From Octopus bimaculoides (taxonomy: Eukaryota), in the NCBI RefSeq assembly GCF_001194135.2, contig NC_068982.1:123986822-124042802 (forward strand): DNA of 55,981 bases, read 5' to 3'. The stretch's first letter is position 1; each line of letters begins with the position of its first letter. A program made the position numbers and the translations under genes. The notes beneath the pieces were generated by a model. That model was not told where the DNA came from, ran no database searches, and saw only the letters and a list, made by a program, of their open reading frames with translations. Positions 35,061 through 47,049 of this stretch are shown piece by piece.

Positions 35061-36241
35061 CAGGGTGTCCAAAAAGATGTATATCAGTGTTTATTTAAAA
35101 TTTTCATTTTCAAAATTTAATGGAATTCTTTTATGAATGCTTATTTTGAAAACGGTGACTGCTCTGGTCTAGATATTACAGATAATATAAAGCAATGGAA
35201 GCACAAACATCAATATTTATATGCATTCTCATTCAGTGGCTGCCCTCAATTTGTTGGCTGTTGCTGGTTTTATGGCCTAATCTTGTATCTCCATTAAGAA
35301 TAGTCTAGTGGTATAAGGTTCGGTGAATGTGGAGGGGATTCTACTCCATCTCTTTGGCAAAATTTCAAGACAGGTCTTTACATTGATAAGCAAGGATGGG
35401 GATGATCCATTTCACTGGAAATAAAGTTCCACATCTTCAAAGACTTCTTGAATACTTGGCATGACAGATTGTCAGAGAAGGTTCAAGTAAATAGGAGGAG
35501 TTACAGTAACACCAAAAAAGAATTAATCCTTTTGATGATAAGTTGCACAATACTGTAACTAAATTAATATAATGTTCCTTTGTAACATATGGATTTTCAG
35601 GTCCCAGGTAGGTGCAATTATGGTGGTTGATTAAGCTATTGAATATAAGCATAACTCCATCAATCCAAATAATCTTTGTTGGAAAGTCTGCATCTTCTAC
35701 ATATTTTGCTTAGCACCACTCACAAAACTCCGCTCTCCAGTCCAGATCATCTTTATTAAGAGAATAGACCATTCTTGGGATGTAACTTTCTCATGATAGT
35801 ACTTCAAATTGTGATGGATATTTGAGTTTGAAATTCATATCTCACAACTCGTTTGCTGTACAGATTTTTTTTTGAAGCCTGACAATGCATTTCTAGTACC
35901 CTTCCTTCGTTTGTGGGAGCTCATCGATGTCTGCAATCTTCTGGAACATTTCTTGTAGACATTCTGAACAGTTCTAAGTGCTTCAACCTTATCTGTAACT
36001 TGAGTGACAGCAACCTTATCTGTAACTTAAGTGAGCCTATTTGAAACTCCTTCCTAAACCATCTTTGAACATCAGTTGTGTTTTCAAACATCCAGTAACA
36101 CTTAAGGATAAATTTCCTTTGTTCAAAGATTAGTCTGGCTTTCTTCATTACTTATAATAGGTTAAATCTAAAAAGAAATGAAAATTAAATAAGTTATCAA
36201 CTGTCTGTTAAAGTGTGTATACAATTTGGCAGGACACTCTG
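35061..36241 (-). mobile_element. Decayed Tc1/mariner-superfamily element (DD37D-like, inferred)
   Basis: TA|cagggtgtcc ... ggacactctg|TA; minus ORF MKKARLIFEQRKFILKCYWMFENTTDVQRWFRKEFQ is HTH-like; later [14 protein letters not shown] and [12 protein letters not shown] remnants. Confidence 0.8.
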
Positions 36242-38546
36242 TATGCATTTATACATGCGTGTTATGAACACACATCATCTAAAGGGCTGAGGTGTTTGCC
36301 AATGACAAAAAACAACAATGATCAGATATTCACATGCAAATCTATCAAAATATATTAAGAATGAACAAATACATTATTGTCTAGATTCTTTCTGTTCTGT
36401 ATGTACCCCATAAATTAATATTAGTTTACCATTTTTAATGAAAAGAGAAAAGATGGTGATAAGTTTATAGTCAATTTTTGAGTGCTGTTCATGAATGCTG
36501 ATTCACTCTTAATAAAGTCAATTAAAAAAGGAAATGTAACATCTATATATGATGGGATCCATTCTTTTGCCTCTTTTTTCTTTAGAAGTGTTAAAGCTCA
36601 TATTAATATCAGCAATAATTATGAATTGAAATGAATTTGAATTATGTATTTAAACAAGATGCTTGTCTCAAATATGCCCTGAAGTTTCCAATTGGTTTTA
36701 TTCCCCAGCATTGACTTTGTTTTCTGTCTATTATAACCTATCTTGATTTTAGTCAAGGAGAACAGATAAGTTCTAGTAGCTTGCTCAGAGAGCAGCAAAC
36801 TACCAATGATGAGATCCAATCTTTAATCAAGAGTCTGACAAATTTAACTGTAATTAATTATTTGTTAATTATTAATTAAAAATAATTAGTAAACATTCTA
36901 CTTTCTCCCATTTTTATTATATTTCCAAGCATTAACAAATACAAATATTTATATAAAACTGATGGTTCATTAGACAACATTGTTTAAATAATTAAAAAAT
37001 TGCTTGAACCTTTTGCTGGTTATAGAGCAAGAGGGAAGAGCTAAGCTGGAAGCCAGGAGGAGATGATTAGCAGGGATTTGGCTACCATTGCTGACCCACT
37101 GATGGGAGGGTGTTACAGTTCAGAGTTGAAACACCCAATGATCATTGGATAAGGTAAGATGACATCAGTTCCTCCTGATCAAAACTACACTCACCAAAGG
37201 TGAGTGAAGAAACATCTTCCTCTAGATGTTATCACTGTCAATGGAACATTTAGTTTAATTCACCATATTTATTCGAACTTATTGAGATAAGTTACTATAC
37301 TTCTGATTAATAATACTTCTGATACCAGTAATATTTAGTTACATTCTAGAAAAGACATAACTTTCCTTACCTGTAAACAGTTGAGGAAAAATAGTAATAC
37401 CTTGCAATAAAAAATGCCAAAACAGTTTTTTAAACATTGTTTATATAATTATCAAATAAGAAACTCAATTATTAAATCAGTTGTGAAATTTTAAGCAACA
37501 AATATGGTGAGAAATAAAGTAAAGAAATAAGTGCAGGATATGTGACAGAACTTGAATTTGAACTCTATTATCTTTAAATGGATAATGGAAAAACGGATAT
37601 TCTGCATTCATATTAAGCACTAAAGATTTATCTTCTGTTTTTATGGCAAGAATCTATTCAATAAAATAGCAATTAATAATAACATCAGCAGGGTCTGGGT
37701 TGGATGTATTATTTCTAAAAGGTGTGTCTAATGTAAGCTGTATATACCTTCCAATATTGTATCAGGTAAGTTTGAAAGAATACTGAACTGAGAAAAGTGA
37801 AAGTATTTAAATAATGCAGCCATTCAGAAAGATAGAGTTTTATTTATAAATAAGGTATGTAGAATAATAAACCCAAATGTACCAAGAGTTAAAAATAGAG
37901 AATAAGGGTAAAGATAGAATGGAAGAATTTAAAGTGTTTAATAGTTAAGTATTCATTGACAGGGAATAAATCTGCAAACCAAAGTAAAACAATCAGAAAA
38001 TAGTTAAGATGATCCTAATGAAAGACGGTAATTAGAACAACATTAGTAATTGAATAAATTCGAAAGCATTAGTAGTGTGTTAGTTCTCAGATAATAAATA
38101 AGGGCTGAAATAATCTCCACTACTCAAATATTACCCAAGAGATTAACTCCAAAGACCAGCATATCGCTATTATTTGTTCTTGCAGTAATTAAAGATATTA
38201 ATTATAAATGGTTCTGGAAGAAATATCTACAATGTAGAAATTAATTGATTCATCAATAAAAATATTAATGAGCAAAATAATTTGTAAAATCAATCAGCAA
38301 TATGTTCATTGATTTTACACATAATTATCTTACCGTCCCTTGTGTAACTCATGATAACTAATCTCAGATACTGTAATGCACCTGTTATCACATGTCTACG
38401 AGCACGCAAGTCCTCTTTTGTTCTTTTGTCACATTACCACAATCTACATCACTTGTGCACTTTTTTTTCACCTGTTTTGAGAATATCCTTTTTCCTGACA
38501 CTGCTTTTGCAATATAAAATGCACCAACTAAAATTTTATTTGATAC

Positions 38547-38600
<54 letters not shown>

Positions 38601-38605
38601 CATAT

Positions 38606-38925
38606 NNNNNNNNNNNNNNNNNNNNNNNNNNNNNNNNNNNNNNNNNNNNNNNNNNNNNNNNNNNNNNNNNNNNNNNNNNNNNNNNNNNNNNNNNNNNNNN
38701 NNNNNNNNNNNNNNNNNNNNNNNNNNNNNNNNNNNNNNNNNNNNNNNNNNNNNNNNNNNNNNNNNNNNNNNNNNNNNNNNNNNNNNNNNNNNNNNNNNNN
38801 NNNNNNNNNNNNNNNNNNNNNNNNNNNNNNNNNNNNNNNNNNNNNNNNNNNNNNNNNNNNNNNNNNNNNNNNNNNNNNNNNNNNNNNNNNNNNNNNNNNN
38901 NNNNNNNNNNNNNNNNNNNNNNNNN
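38606..38925. other. Assembly gap (largest of six)
   Basis: N runs at 4311-4375, 12544-12687, 20239-20248, 27282-27291, 33374-33596 and 38606-38925, mostly next to microsatellites. Confidence 0.99.
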
Positions 38926-39483
38926 GAAGAACATATGAACAGGACCATAACATAAATGTTATATAAAAAAGGGAAAAAGAAAAATAATTATGCATGTTAT
39001 TTCAACAAAATTATGTAGAAGCCTGGATATCAGATGTAGCATGATAAAGTAAACTGATAGAATGAAGCATGCTATTTAATTTGAATTTTAATAGAAAGAT
39101 GCATTAAATGAAATTAGGATCCTGTTAATTACTACTTTTTTCTATTCAATTAATTTCAAGACTATTGTGCATGAAAGATAATGAACAAGGATGAGTGAAA
39201 GAATCCTTAAATAAAGTCTGGCTTGCTTTAATTCTTAATCTGTTGTTGCAAAATATAAAGAAACACATCGGCAATTATAATCAGATAAAGATTATTTCTT
39301 CAAATAATTATAAGGGCTGGGAATCCTTTAAAGTTTTTATTTTAGGGAGAAATTTACAGTAAAGATTGGTTTGTATTTTATTTTATTCTACACTAATGTT
39401 GCTTCATTAATTTTATCAGCTAGAACAGGGCTTCATTGTTTAAAATATTCCTCCTGAGTGTGTTCATTGCTTCTATATTACAG

Positions 39484-39603
39484 ACATCAATGAATGTGAG
39501 AGATTCAAACATTGTCAACACAGTTGTGTCAATGAAATAGGCTCTTATAGGTGCATCTGTCCAGAAGGTTATAGACTGAAAGCAGATGGAAGCTCATGTG
39601 AAG
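39484..39603 (+). CDS. HMCN1: Hemicentin exon, cbEGF 8
   Basis: tacag|AC ATC AAT ... GAA G|gtaggt; 120 nt; DINECERFKHCQHSCVNEIGSYRCICPEGYRLKADGSSCE. Confidence 0.96.
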
Positions 39604-40011
39604 GTAGGTAGATTATTTGAAAATACTCCTAAAGCAATTCATAGTTTTGAAGAAGTCAAATTCCATATACAAAACTCAAAAGCAAGTATAAGAATCAGAC
39701 ATAATATATAAACTGTTTGTGCTTTAAATTTTTAAATTTCATTTTTCAGTAACAACAAATTCTTCAATGATCGTTGTGGAGCAGTAAAGAATGAAAAAGC
39801 AATATGTACAAGAATAGTACCGAACACATAAATATTTATACATTTTTTGTAATGCAAACATGTTACACACCAATTCTAATTGGTTATTGTTACAGATTTT
39901 ATTTTTTTTTTACTATAATAATTCTCATCTTTTAATTGAACAAAACAAGTTTAGCTCTTTTACTATTTCTTCAAATAATTATAAGGACTTTTATTAATAA
40001 TTTATTTTCAG

Positions 40012-40138
40012 ATATTAATGAATGCAAAGAGAGGGCAATAAACTGTGGTCCTGACCAAATGTGTTTTAATACAAGAGGTTCCTACCATTGTGTTTTAATA
40101 CCATGTCCCTCTAATTATAAACAAGACAAGAATACTAA
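40012..40138 (+). CDS. HMCN1: Hemicentin exon, cbEGF 9
   Basis: tttcag|AT ATT AAT ... ACT AA|gtgagt; 127 nt, phase 1-2; [42 protein letters not shown]. Confidence 0.96.
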
Positions 40139-40214
40139 GTGAGTAAAAGAAAAACTTTATGTTTTTGATATCCACTTCTTAATATTTGGCATTTCTTGAC
40201 TGGGTTGCAAAGAA

Positions 40215-41075
40215 TTGACTGAGTACAGCAAAGAATTCAAGGTACAAGTAGGGGTTCACCAAGGATTGGTCCTCAGGCTCCTCTTGTTCATCATAGTCCT
40301 CCAAGCAATAAGTTCCAGGTATGGAAACAAGATCTAGAATCAAGGGGGCCTTAGAGTTAACCTAGCAAAAGCCAAAGTCTTAGTAAGTAGGAAGGCAGAC
40401 AAACCACAAATCCCTTCAGGTAGATGGTCCTGCTCAAAATGTAGGAAAGGCATGGGTAGAAAGTCCATAAGATGTACCCAGAGTAAGCTGTGGACACATA
40501 AGAGGTGCAGCAATATCAGAGGAAAGTTAATAGGGGAAATAGGTTTTGTGTGTGGAATATACACAGGTACAATAAAGACTAAAAATGTACAGAAAATAGG
40601 CACCATCAATTGCCTGGCAGTTGATGGAGTCTATTTTCTAGTTCATAAAGGTAGTAGATAGCTTCCGTTATCCAGGTGACCAAGTTATTAGCAGAGATGG
40701 ATGCTCTGAGAGCATAGCTGTGAGAATAAGATTAGGCTGGGCAAGGTTCAGAGAACTCCTACCTCTGTCAACAACAAAGGGCTTCTCCCTCAGAATGAAA
40801 GGTAGATTGTATGATGCCTGTGTGCAAACAGCTATGCTACATAGCAGTGAAACATGGGCTGTGATGGCTGAGTACACACAGAGGCTTTAAAGAAATGAAG
40901 CCCGTATGCTTCACTGGATGTGCAATGTCAGTGTGCATGTTCAACAGAGTGTAAGCATCTTGAGAGAAAAGTTGAATATAAAAGGCATCAGATGTGGTGT
41001 GCAAGAGAGACAACTGCACTGGTATGGTTATGTGATGCATATGGACAAGGACAGCTGTGTAAAAAAGTGACTTAC
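40215..41075 (+). mobile_element. RTE-clade LINE reverse transcriptase fragment with internal deletion and PHD-like insert
   Basis: KEFKVQVGVHQG..LLFIIVLQAI joined directly to FQVWKQDLES..LRVNLAKAKV; then KFRELLPL, KGRLYDACV..MLHSSETWA, MLHWMCNV, LHWYGYVM. Confidence 0.9.
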
Positions 41076-41084
41076 TGGTTAGGG

Positions 41085-41500
41085 CAGTGTTTCCCAACCT
41101 ATTTTCCCCCAGGCTCCCACTATAGCTTTACAGAAAAATGTATGCCCCACTGGTGGTTGGAAAAAAGGATTTTATTTTTAATATTCTATCACAGTTATTT
41201 GATACAAAAGAATCTACCAGTAACTCTTAAGTACTGAGTACCAAAAGAAAGTACTTTAATGAGAACCTTGTGCTTGGCGATTATGGCAGATTTCCTTGAT
41301 TTGAGGAGACAATTTTGTTAGCTTCAACTGTAGCATTAGAACAGTGCTATACTGTAGCAAACAGTCTTCACATGTTATGCTTGGCTGGAGGGATTGGTTT
41401 GGTTAGGATGAGTATAGGTGTAGTATGTTTGCTGTGAAAAAAAAGATTTTCACAATTCCATATCCCACTTAAAAAAAAAAAAAGAAAAACTTTTGGATCC
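41085..41500 (+). mobile_element. Possible hAT-type nonautonomous fragment truncating the RTE copy
   Basis: Starts with the TIR-like cagtgtttcccaacct; no matching right end found. Confidence 0.35.
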
Positions 41501-42115
41501 CAAGCCCCACTGCAAATTTCCCAAGTTCTACATTGTGACCTAAATACCCTAACCCAGTGATTTCCAATCATAAGGTCATGAGTTTGATTCTTGACAGCAC
41601 GTTGTGTCCTTGAGCAAGACACTTTATTTCACATTGGTTCAATCCACTCAGCTGGCAAAATTGAGTTGTACATGTAATCCAAAAGGCTGGCCCTGTAACA
41701 TTCTATGTTATGTTGAATCTCTCTGAGAACTACATTAAGGGTACATGTGTCTATGGAGTGCTTGCATGTTAATTTCACAAGCCATCTGTTCCATTGATCA
41801 GACCAACTGGAACACTTATCGTCATAACCAACAGAAGGCTGGTTTTCTTATGATATTCCCCATATAAGTATTCATGTATATGTGTGTGTGTAAGCAGAAG
41901 TGAGTGTCATTTATCCTGACTTCCTGTCACTTTTCCTGTTTCTCTTCCACACACTGACCTAACCACTCCTAGACTTCTTGAAATTTATTTTAATTTATAT
42001 TTATTTCTATTTTTTGATTTGATTTAACTAGCTTTTCTATGTCATCTCCATCCTTGTTCGTGCAACCCTTCCTACCCTCCAAGACAAATGCCAAACCTAA
42101 TATTAAAGTAACTCT

Positions 42116-42331
42116 TTAAGGCAGCAAGCTGGCAGAATTGTTAGCACACCAGACAAAATGCTTAGTGGCATTTCATCTGTCTTTACATTCTGAGTTCAAA
42201 TTCCATTGAAGTCATCTTTACCTTTTGTCCTTTCAGGGTTGATGAAATAAGTATCAGTTGAGCACTGCAGTTGATGCAATTGACTTAATCCTTCCCCCGA
42301 AATTGCTGGCTTTGTGCCAAAATTTGAAATC
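42116..42331 (+). mobile_element. Family-A SINE with 17-nt TSD
   Basis: aatattaaagtaactct at 42099-42115 and 42332-42348. Confidence 0.87.
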
Positions 42332-43679
42332 AATATTAAAGTAACTCTGATATAGGTAGGGTGACTCCAAAAGGGGTCTCAGGAAGTAGTGTACCTGCCT
42401 TCCTGAGCTAGTTTTCCACCATATTTCTTAAAAATCATGGTAGAGGCCTTGGTCTCAGGACCAGTAAAAACTGAGGTTGGGGGTAAGCAACTGCATGCTC
42501 CCTGTAGAAAATTCAGCTCCAAAAAAGCCTCTTGATAGCAAAGAAGAATGGGCACCAGCCAGCCCAAAGGTTGGAGTGGGCTGCACCTGCCTACCTTGGT
42601 TGTTATGGCATTGAGGTAGATCCAACCACCTCATTAATGGGGACAAAACCTGAATTTAAAACACTGGATGATGATGATGATGATGATTAATGTAACTCTG
42701 ATATGAAATAAGACCAGTTTGAAGAGTGTTTCAAGCAAGAAGCTCTAGCTCTCAGGTCCAAGGTTTTTTAAACTTTGGTCACTTAAAAATAGAGTTACAA
42801 TTTGTAAACATTTGTTCAATAAAATCAGGCTTTCTTTTTTAAGGATATTCTGGTTATTATTCACCAGAAAATGCCAAGATACTGGATTAGCAGAATTATT
42901 AGAGTTCCAGATAAAATATCTTGAAGCTTTTTTTTTCTGGATTTTTACATCCAAATTTAGATATGAGCAACTTTGCCTTTAATCTTTAAGTGTTCAGGTA
43001 ACACTGTCAAATGTAATGCTTATTCACACTGTTTTGAATTAATCATGCATTATGTTGTATCTTCCAAGATTTTGATGATGTGATTGTTTATGTTTAGAAT
43101 GACATCATAGGGTAAATGTAAGATGCTGGCTCTGGCCAATTTGAACAAAATAAAGGTAGAATACTTGGGTCTGATATAGCTGGTTTGAATGCTTAAAAGG
43201 TTAATCCTCTCAGTGTCAATAAAATACAGTAACACTTAAGTACTGGAGTGATATAATTGATTAATCCCACACCCAAACTTCTAGCTTTGAGTCTTAATTA
43301 GAAACAATTATCTACCAGATTATGAACTGCATTTTCTTTTTTTAAGCAAAAGAACATTTAATACTGAGAAGAATTATGAGTTTATTTAATAAATCCTTCA
43401 AATACAATTCTAGAAAATGTGATTGGAGGTGGCTTTTCATTACTGGATTTGAGACATAATTTAGTCCTTAAAATTTTGACGAGGTCTGATTCTAAAGATT
43501 TTTTTTAATATTTCCTTTCTCTTTTTATTGCTCTTTATTGTTAATTAGAGGAGCAGCTATAAACATTCATGTGAATTTTTTCATGTTGGCTACCAGTGGA
43601 CTATTTTAAGATCAGTTACTCAGTAATTAAGAGATAAACAGTATAACATTTGTAATAAGGTCAAAGAAAGTATCGGGAC

Positions 43680-43900
43680 TTGCCGGTGAACCTTTTCTTC
43701 CAGCCTATAGTGTTTGAGACATTTGGAGGAGCTGGGCCACTGATAGCAAAGTTCTTGTCATTATTAGTGACTTGTCATCATTATCAAGGTGTCAAGTGTT
43801 GCCTGAGAGTGCTTGGCTGTTCCAACACATTAGCCTCACCATCGCTCATGGTAATGACATAAGCAATGTTGGATTGCTTCAATAAGTTCTATTGACCCTT
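43680..43900 (+). mobile_element. 3' fragment of a non-LTR retrotransposon with restriction-like endonuclease (CRE-like)
   Basis: FQPIVFETFGGAGPLIAKFL followed, after a frameshift, by ECAWLFQHISLTIAHGN, resembling the REL C-terminus F.P...ET.G..G...LFQR.S..I.RGN. Confidence 0.65.
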
Positions 43901-44238
43901 ATGGTGTGCGACTCAGAGCTAGATTGATGGGGTTTTTTTCTTTTTTTCTTTCTTCACACATGATTATATTTTACTTTGTTTTGGATTTAATGTGGAATAT
44001 TTATGTAATTAAGTATATTGTAACAATAAATTCATTTCTTTTTAAATTAAAAAGAAAATATATGATGATTAACTTTATTTCATGGCATAGGACAATGTCA
44101 AAAAGCCCATAGCATTCATCACTTACCTGCTATAAGTCTGGTCTCAAAAAATGAACAAAAATAAATTGAGAGAAAATACTGAAAAATTCATGTTTGTATT
44201 CTAATTATTAATTTGTACTTTTTTCTTTCTTTTTTTAG

Positions 44239-44608
44239 CTATTGTATTTTGGAATGTGATCCAGACTCAGATCCAAACTGCCCAGCAAGTGGAACCGAAA
44301 TAATTGAATACCGCATTTTAGCATTACCTAGTGGTGTGCAACCACACCAGGACCTCATCAGACTTGTTGTTTTCAATCAAAATAAATTGCAGTTACGTAA
44401 TACAATTTTTGAAATTGTTGAAAACCACAGAAAACTGTTCCATATAAGACTGGAGGGTGGCAAAGGTATAGTCTCCACGAAAAGAACCTTGAAAGGAGGA
44501 CAAATATATAAAATTAAAGTTCAAGCTAAATCATATGACCTAGTCAGAAAGTTGCGGTACCAAACCACATTCATTGTTTATATATCAATATCAGATTTTC
44601 CATATTGA
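44239..44608 (+). CDS. HMCN1: Hemicentin last coding exon, fibulin-type C-terminal domain
   Basis: ttttag|C TAT TGT ... TAT TGA; phase 2 matches the previous exon; YCILECDP...IEYRILALPSGV...QDLIRLVVF...YQTTFIVYISISDFPY*, near-identical in pattern to the hemicentin ending YQTTFIVYIAVSAYPY. Confidence 0.97.
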
Positions 44609-44723
44609 GAGACAAATATTTTAGAAGTAGATTTTGGAAAATACTTTGTGCCATATTCCATATGGTATAGAAAAACCATAAAGTACAATTCATTGAATAT
44701 TCAGCACTTTTAACTGAATAACC

Positions 44724-44729
44724 AATAAA
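44724..44729 (+). promoter_or_regulatory. Candidate poly(A) signal for hemicentin
   Basis: First AATAAA after the stop codon; further AATAAA at about 45141 and 45220; the AT-rich background makes chance hits likely. Confidence 0.35.
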
Positions 44730-45525
44730 TTATATTACAGAAGTTTGCTGTGCAATATGCAGTAAGCTAATCAAAAAAGAAAAAGAATCCTTCCTAAGCT
44801 ATCTGGCAATCAAATGAAAACTATGCACTAGTGTGTTGTGTTTGGCTTCATGTTTTGCTCTCTTCTACAGACTCTGTCATAAAATAATGCATTAACACCT
44901 TTTCATTACTGCCTATCATTTACACAAAAAAAAAGAAAAGAATGATAAAAAAAAATTTAACAACAATTGTAGTAATATTTTTTTTTTTAAATCTGAGTTT
45001 GAAACCAGAAGAAAAATATTAACAGAAATGGATTTCTCTCATCACCTCAATGATGGTGGATTTATTATTTATGCACAAAAAAAAATTTGGCCATAAACTT
45101 TTTTTTTATATTTAGCATTTCTTAGCTGGCTCTTAATTTTAATAAATTAAATAGAATACCTAATTTTGTATTATGGTGGTGGATTTATTATTTATGCACA
45201 AAATAATTATTCAGCCAGTAAATAAATAAATATATATATACATCACATACACATACACATATTGCAAAAAAAATCAAGAAGAAAATGCACTAGAATCTTA
45301 ATGATTAAAAATGCAAAATATTCATGTATCCAACCAATTTCACATCTGCAAAGATAATCAGTCCATTTTCTTCTCTATTTTCAATACAATTTTACACATG
45401 TAGATTTTTTGACTTTTTCATTATATATATATATATATATATATTAGGGAGATGTACTTGCATAGCAAGCGACCTGATCTGAGATCGTGTGCTGGAACGA
45501 AAACAATTGCAGCGTGGAAGGTGTT

Positions 45526-45700
45526 TATAAGCCATTTAAAATAACACACAAAAGCCGTCAGATTCACTTCAACATTTAAATTTAATTTGCTGATGCAGCA
45601 CAGAATTTTGTCAGTGAACAGGTTGCGGTTTCAAAATATTTTGACAAATTAAATTTAAATGTTGAAGTGAATCTAACGGCTTTTGTGTTATTTTAAATGG

Positions 45701-45706
<6 letters not shown>
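45526..45706. repeat. Near-perfect inverted repeat (64/62-bp arms, 55-nt loop)
   Basis: tataagccatttaaaataacacacaaaagccgtcagattcacttcaacatttaaatttaatttg and its reverse complement at 45645-45706. Confidence 0.92.
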
Positions 45707-45742
<36 letters not shown>

Positions 45743-46334
45743 ATGCCATATCTTTTTAATTTACCTAGTTCTTCAACTATATTTCTCATATGTGTGTGCA
45801 TGCATGAATAAATATGCATGACTGTTAATATTCTATGCTTGTTGCCACTTATGCATAGGATAATAGTATTACATGCCTTCTTGATATCTAAAGCAGCCAC
45901 ACAGCACTTCCAAAGACTTGTAGCATTAAAAATCTATTGCTTGAAAAGCAGGAACAAGTCGGAAACAGAAAAAAAACATCCAGCTGCACAGTGTAGCCAG
46001 GAAGAATTATCTGATTTGTTTTTATATCCCCTCATTCTATGTCATTTAACAAGGCTTAATTTCAGAATCATTTGTTTCTAGCCCACAACTTATCTTACAA
46101 GATCAACAAAGATGAGAGAAGAGCAAACTAAATGATTTCACAGAAACAGAACATGGGGAGGAATGTGTTATTGTGTTATAATATATTATGTATTTCTATG
46201 TTGTAAGCTTAAATCTTGTCTTTTACATCTCAAAGGTTGATAAAGTAACTGAGGTCAATATAATGAATTGCACTCCACTTATTCAACAATTAACTTTTAA
46301 TCCTCATGATTTTTACTTCTGCTTTTCCATGACT

Positions 46335-46800
46335 GCAGGAGTTAGATGGATCCAACACAGCATCTCAACATTGGCTGAGATTCAACATCCTAAGGATCTG
46401 CACTCACCACTATTGTCCATGTTTTCCTGGTTCTTCCTTTTCCAGTTCCCTTCCATATGCATCTCCTGACATTCACTTGTCCAACTCTTGTCCTCTGTAG
46501 GCATACATGACTCTACCACTACAGCAACCTCTCTTTCGCACTAAATCTGATTCATTTTCTGCCCACTTTTTCTCTCATCTGTGCCTCATCATTCATGCAC
46601 ACTAACACAACACAGCCAATGAAGCATGTGTGCTTCAGTTCTTCTGCATTAAGTGCTTACATCCTATTATCATGCAACACCACTGTCCATAAATAAGCAT
46701 CATATCTTCTGCTTAAATAATGGATCCTCTGGTCAGCAAAATTAATTGCCTCATAATCTATTCCACCTTATTTTACTATACTTTAAAGCAGTCTTCTTCA
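46335..46800 (-). mobile_element. Old RTE LINE 3' fragment
   Basis: Minus-strand remnants MLHWLCCVSVHE...MREKVG...EGNWKR..PGKTW. Confidence 0.65.
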
Positions 46801-47049
46801 CTGACCAGATTACCTAGGTAACAGAAGCTGTCAACAACTAATTAGAATACCAGTAAAATACATTTTTTCTCCCCTAATACTCAGAGAGCTCTAAGGACTT
46901 TCTGAATTGAAGTTAGTTTAATGGTTTTGTATGAAGAGAACTTTTCTCACCTAAATTAATTCATAACTACTTTCACTGTGTCAATAATACTAAGCACACA
47001 CAAGTAACAGAACTTTATCTACAATGTGCAGTCAGGCATCTGACTAAAA

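Noticed and set aside
36619-37260. Complex intronic sequence and a minus-strand ORF, a possible nested gene
   Set aside because: Stops occur in all frames across the candidate exons, and there is no consistent splice chain or recognisable domain.
38388-38560. Minus-strand peptide KCTSDVDC resembling a WAP or knottin fragment
   Set aside because: Only three Cys, the frame begins in a (TA)n tract and gap, and there is no acceptor; most likely chance.
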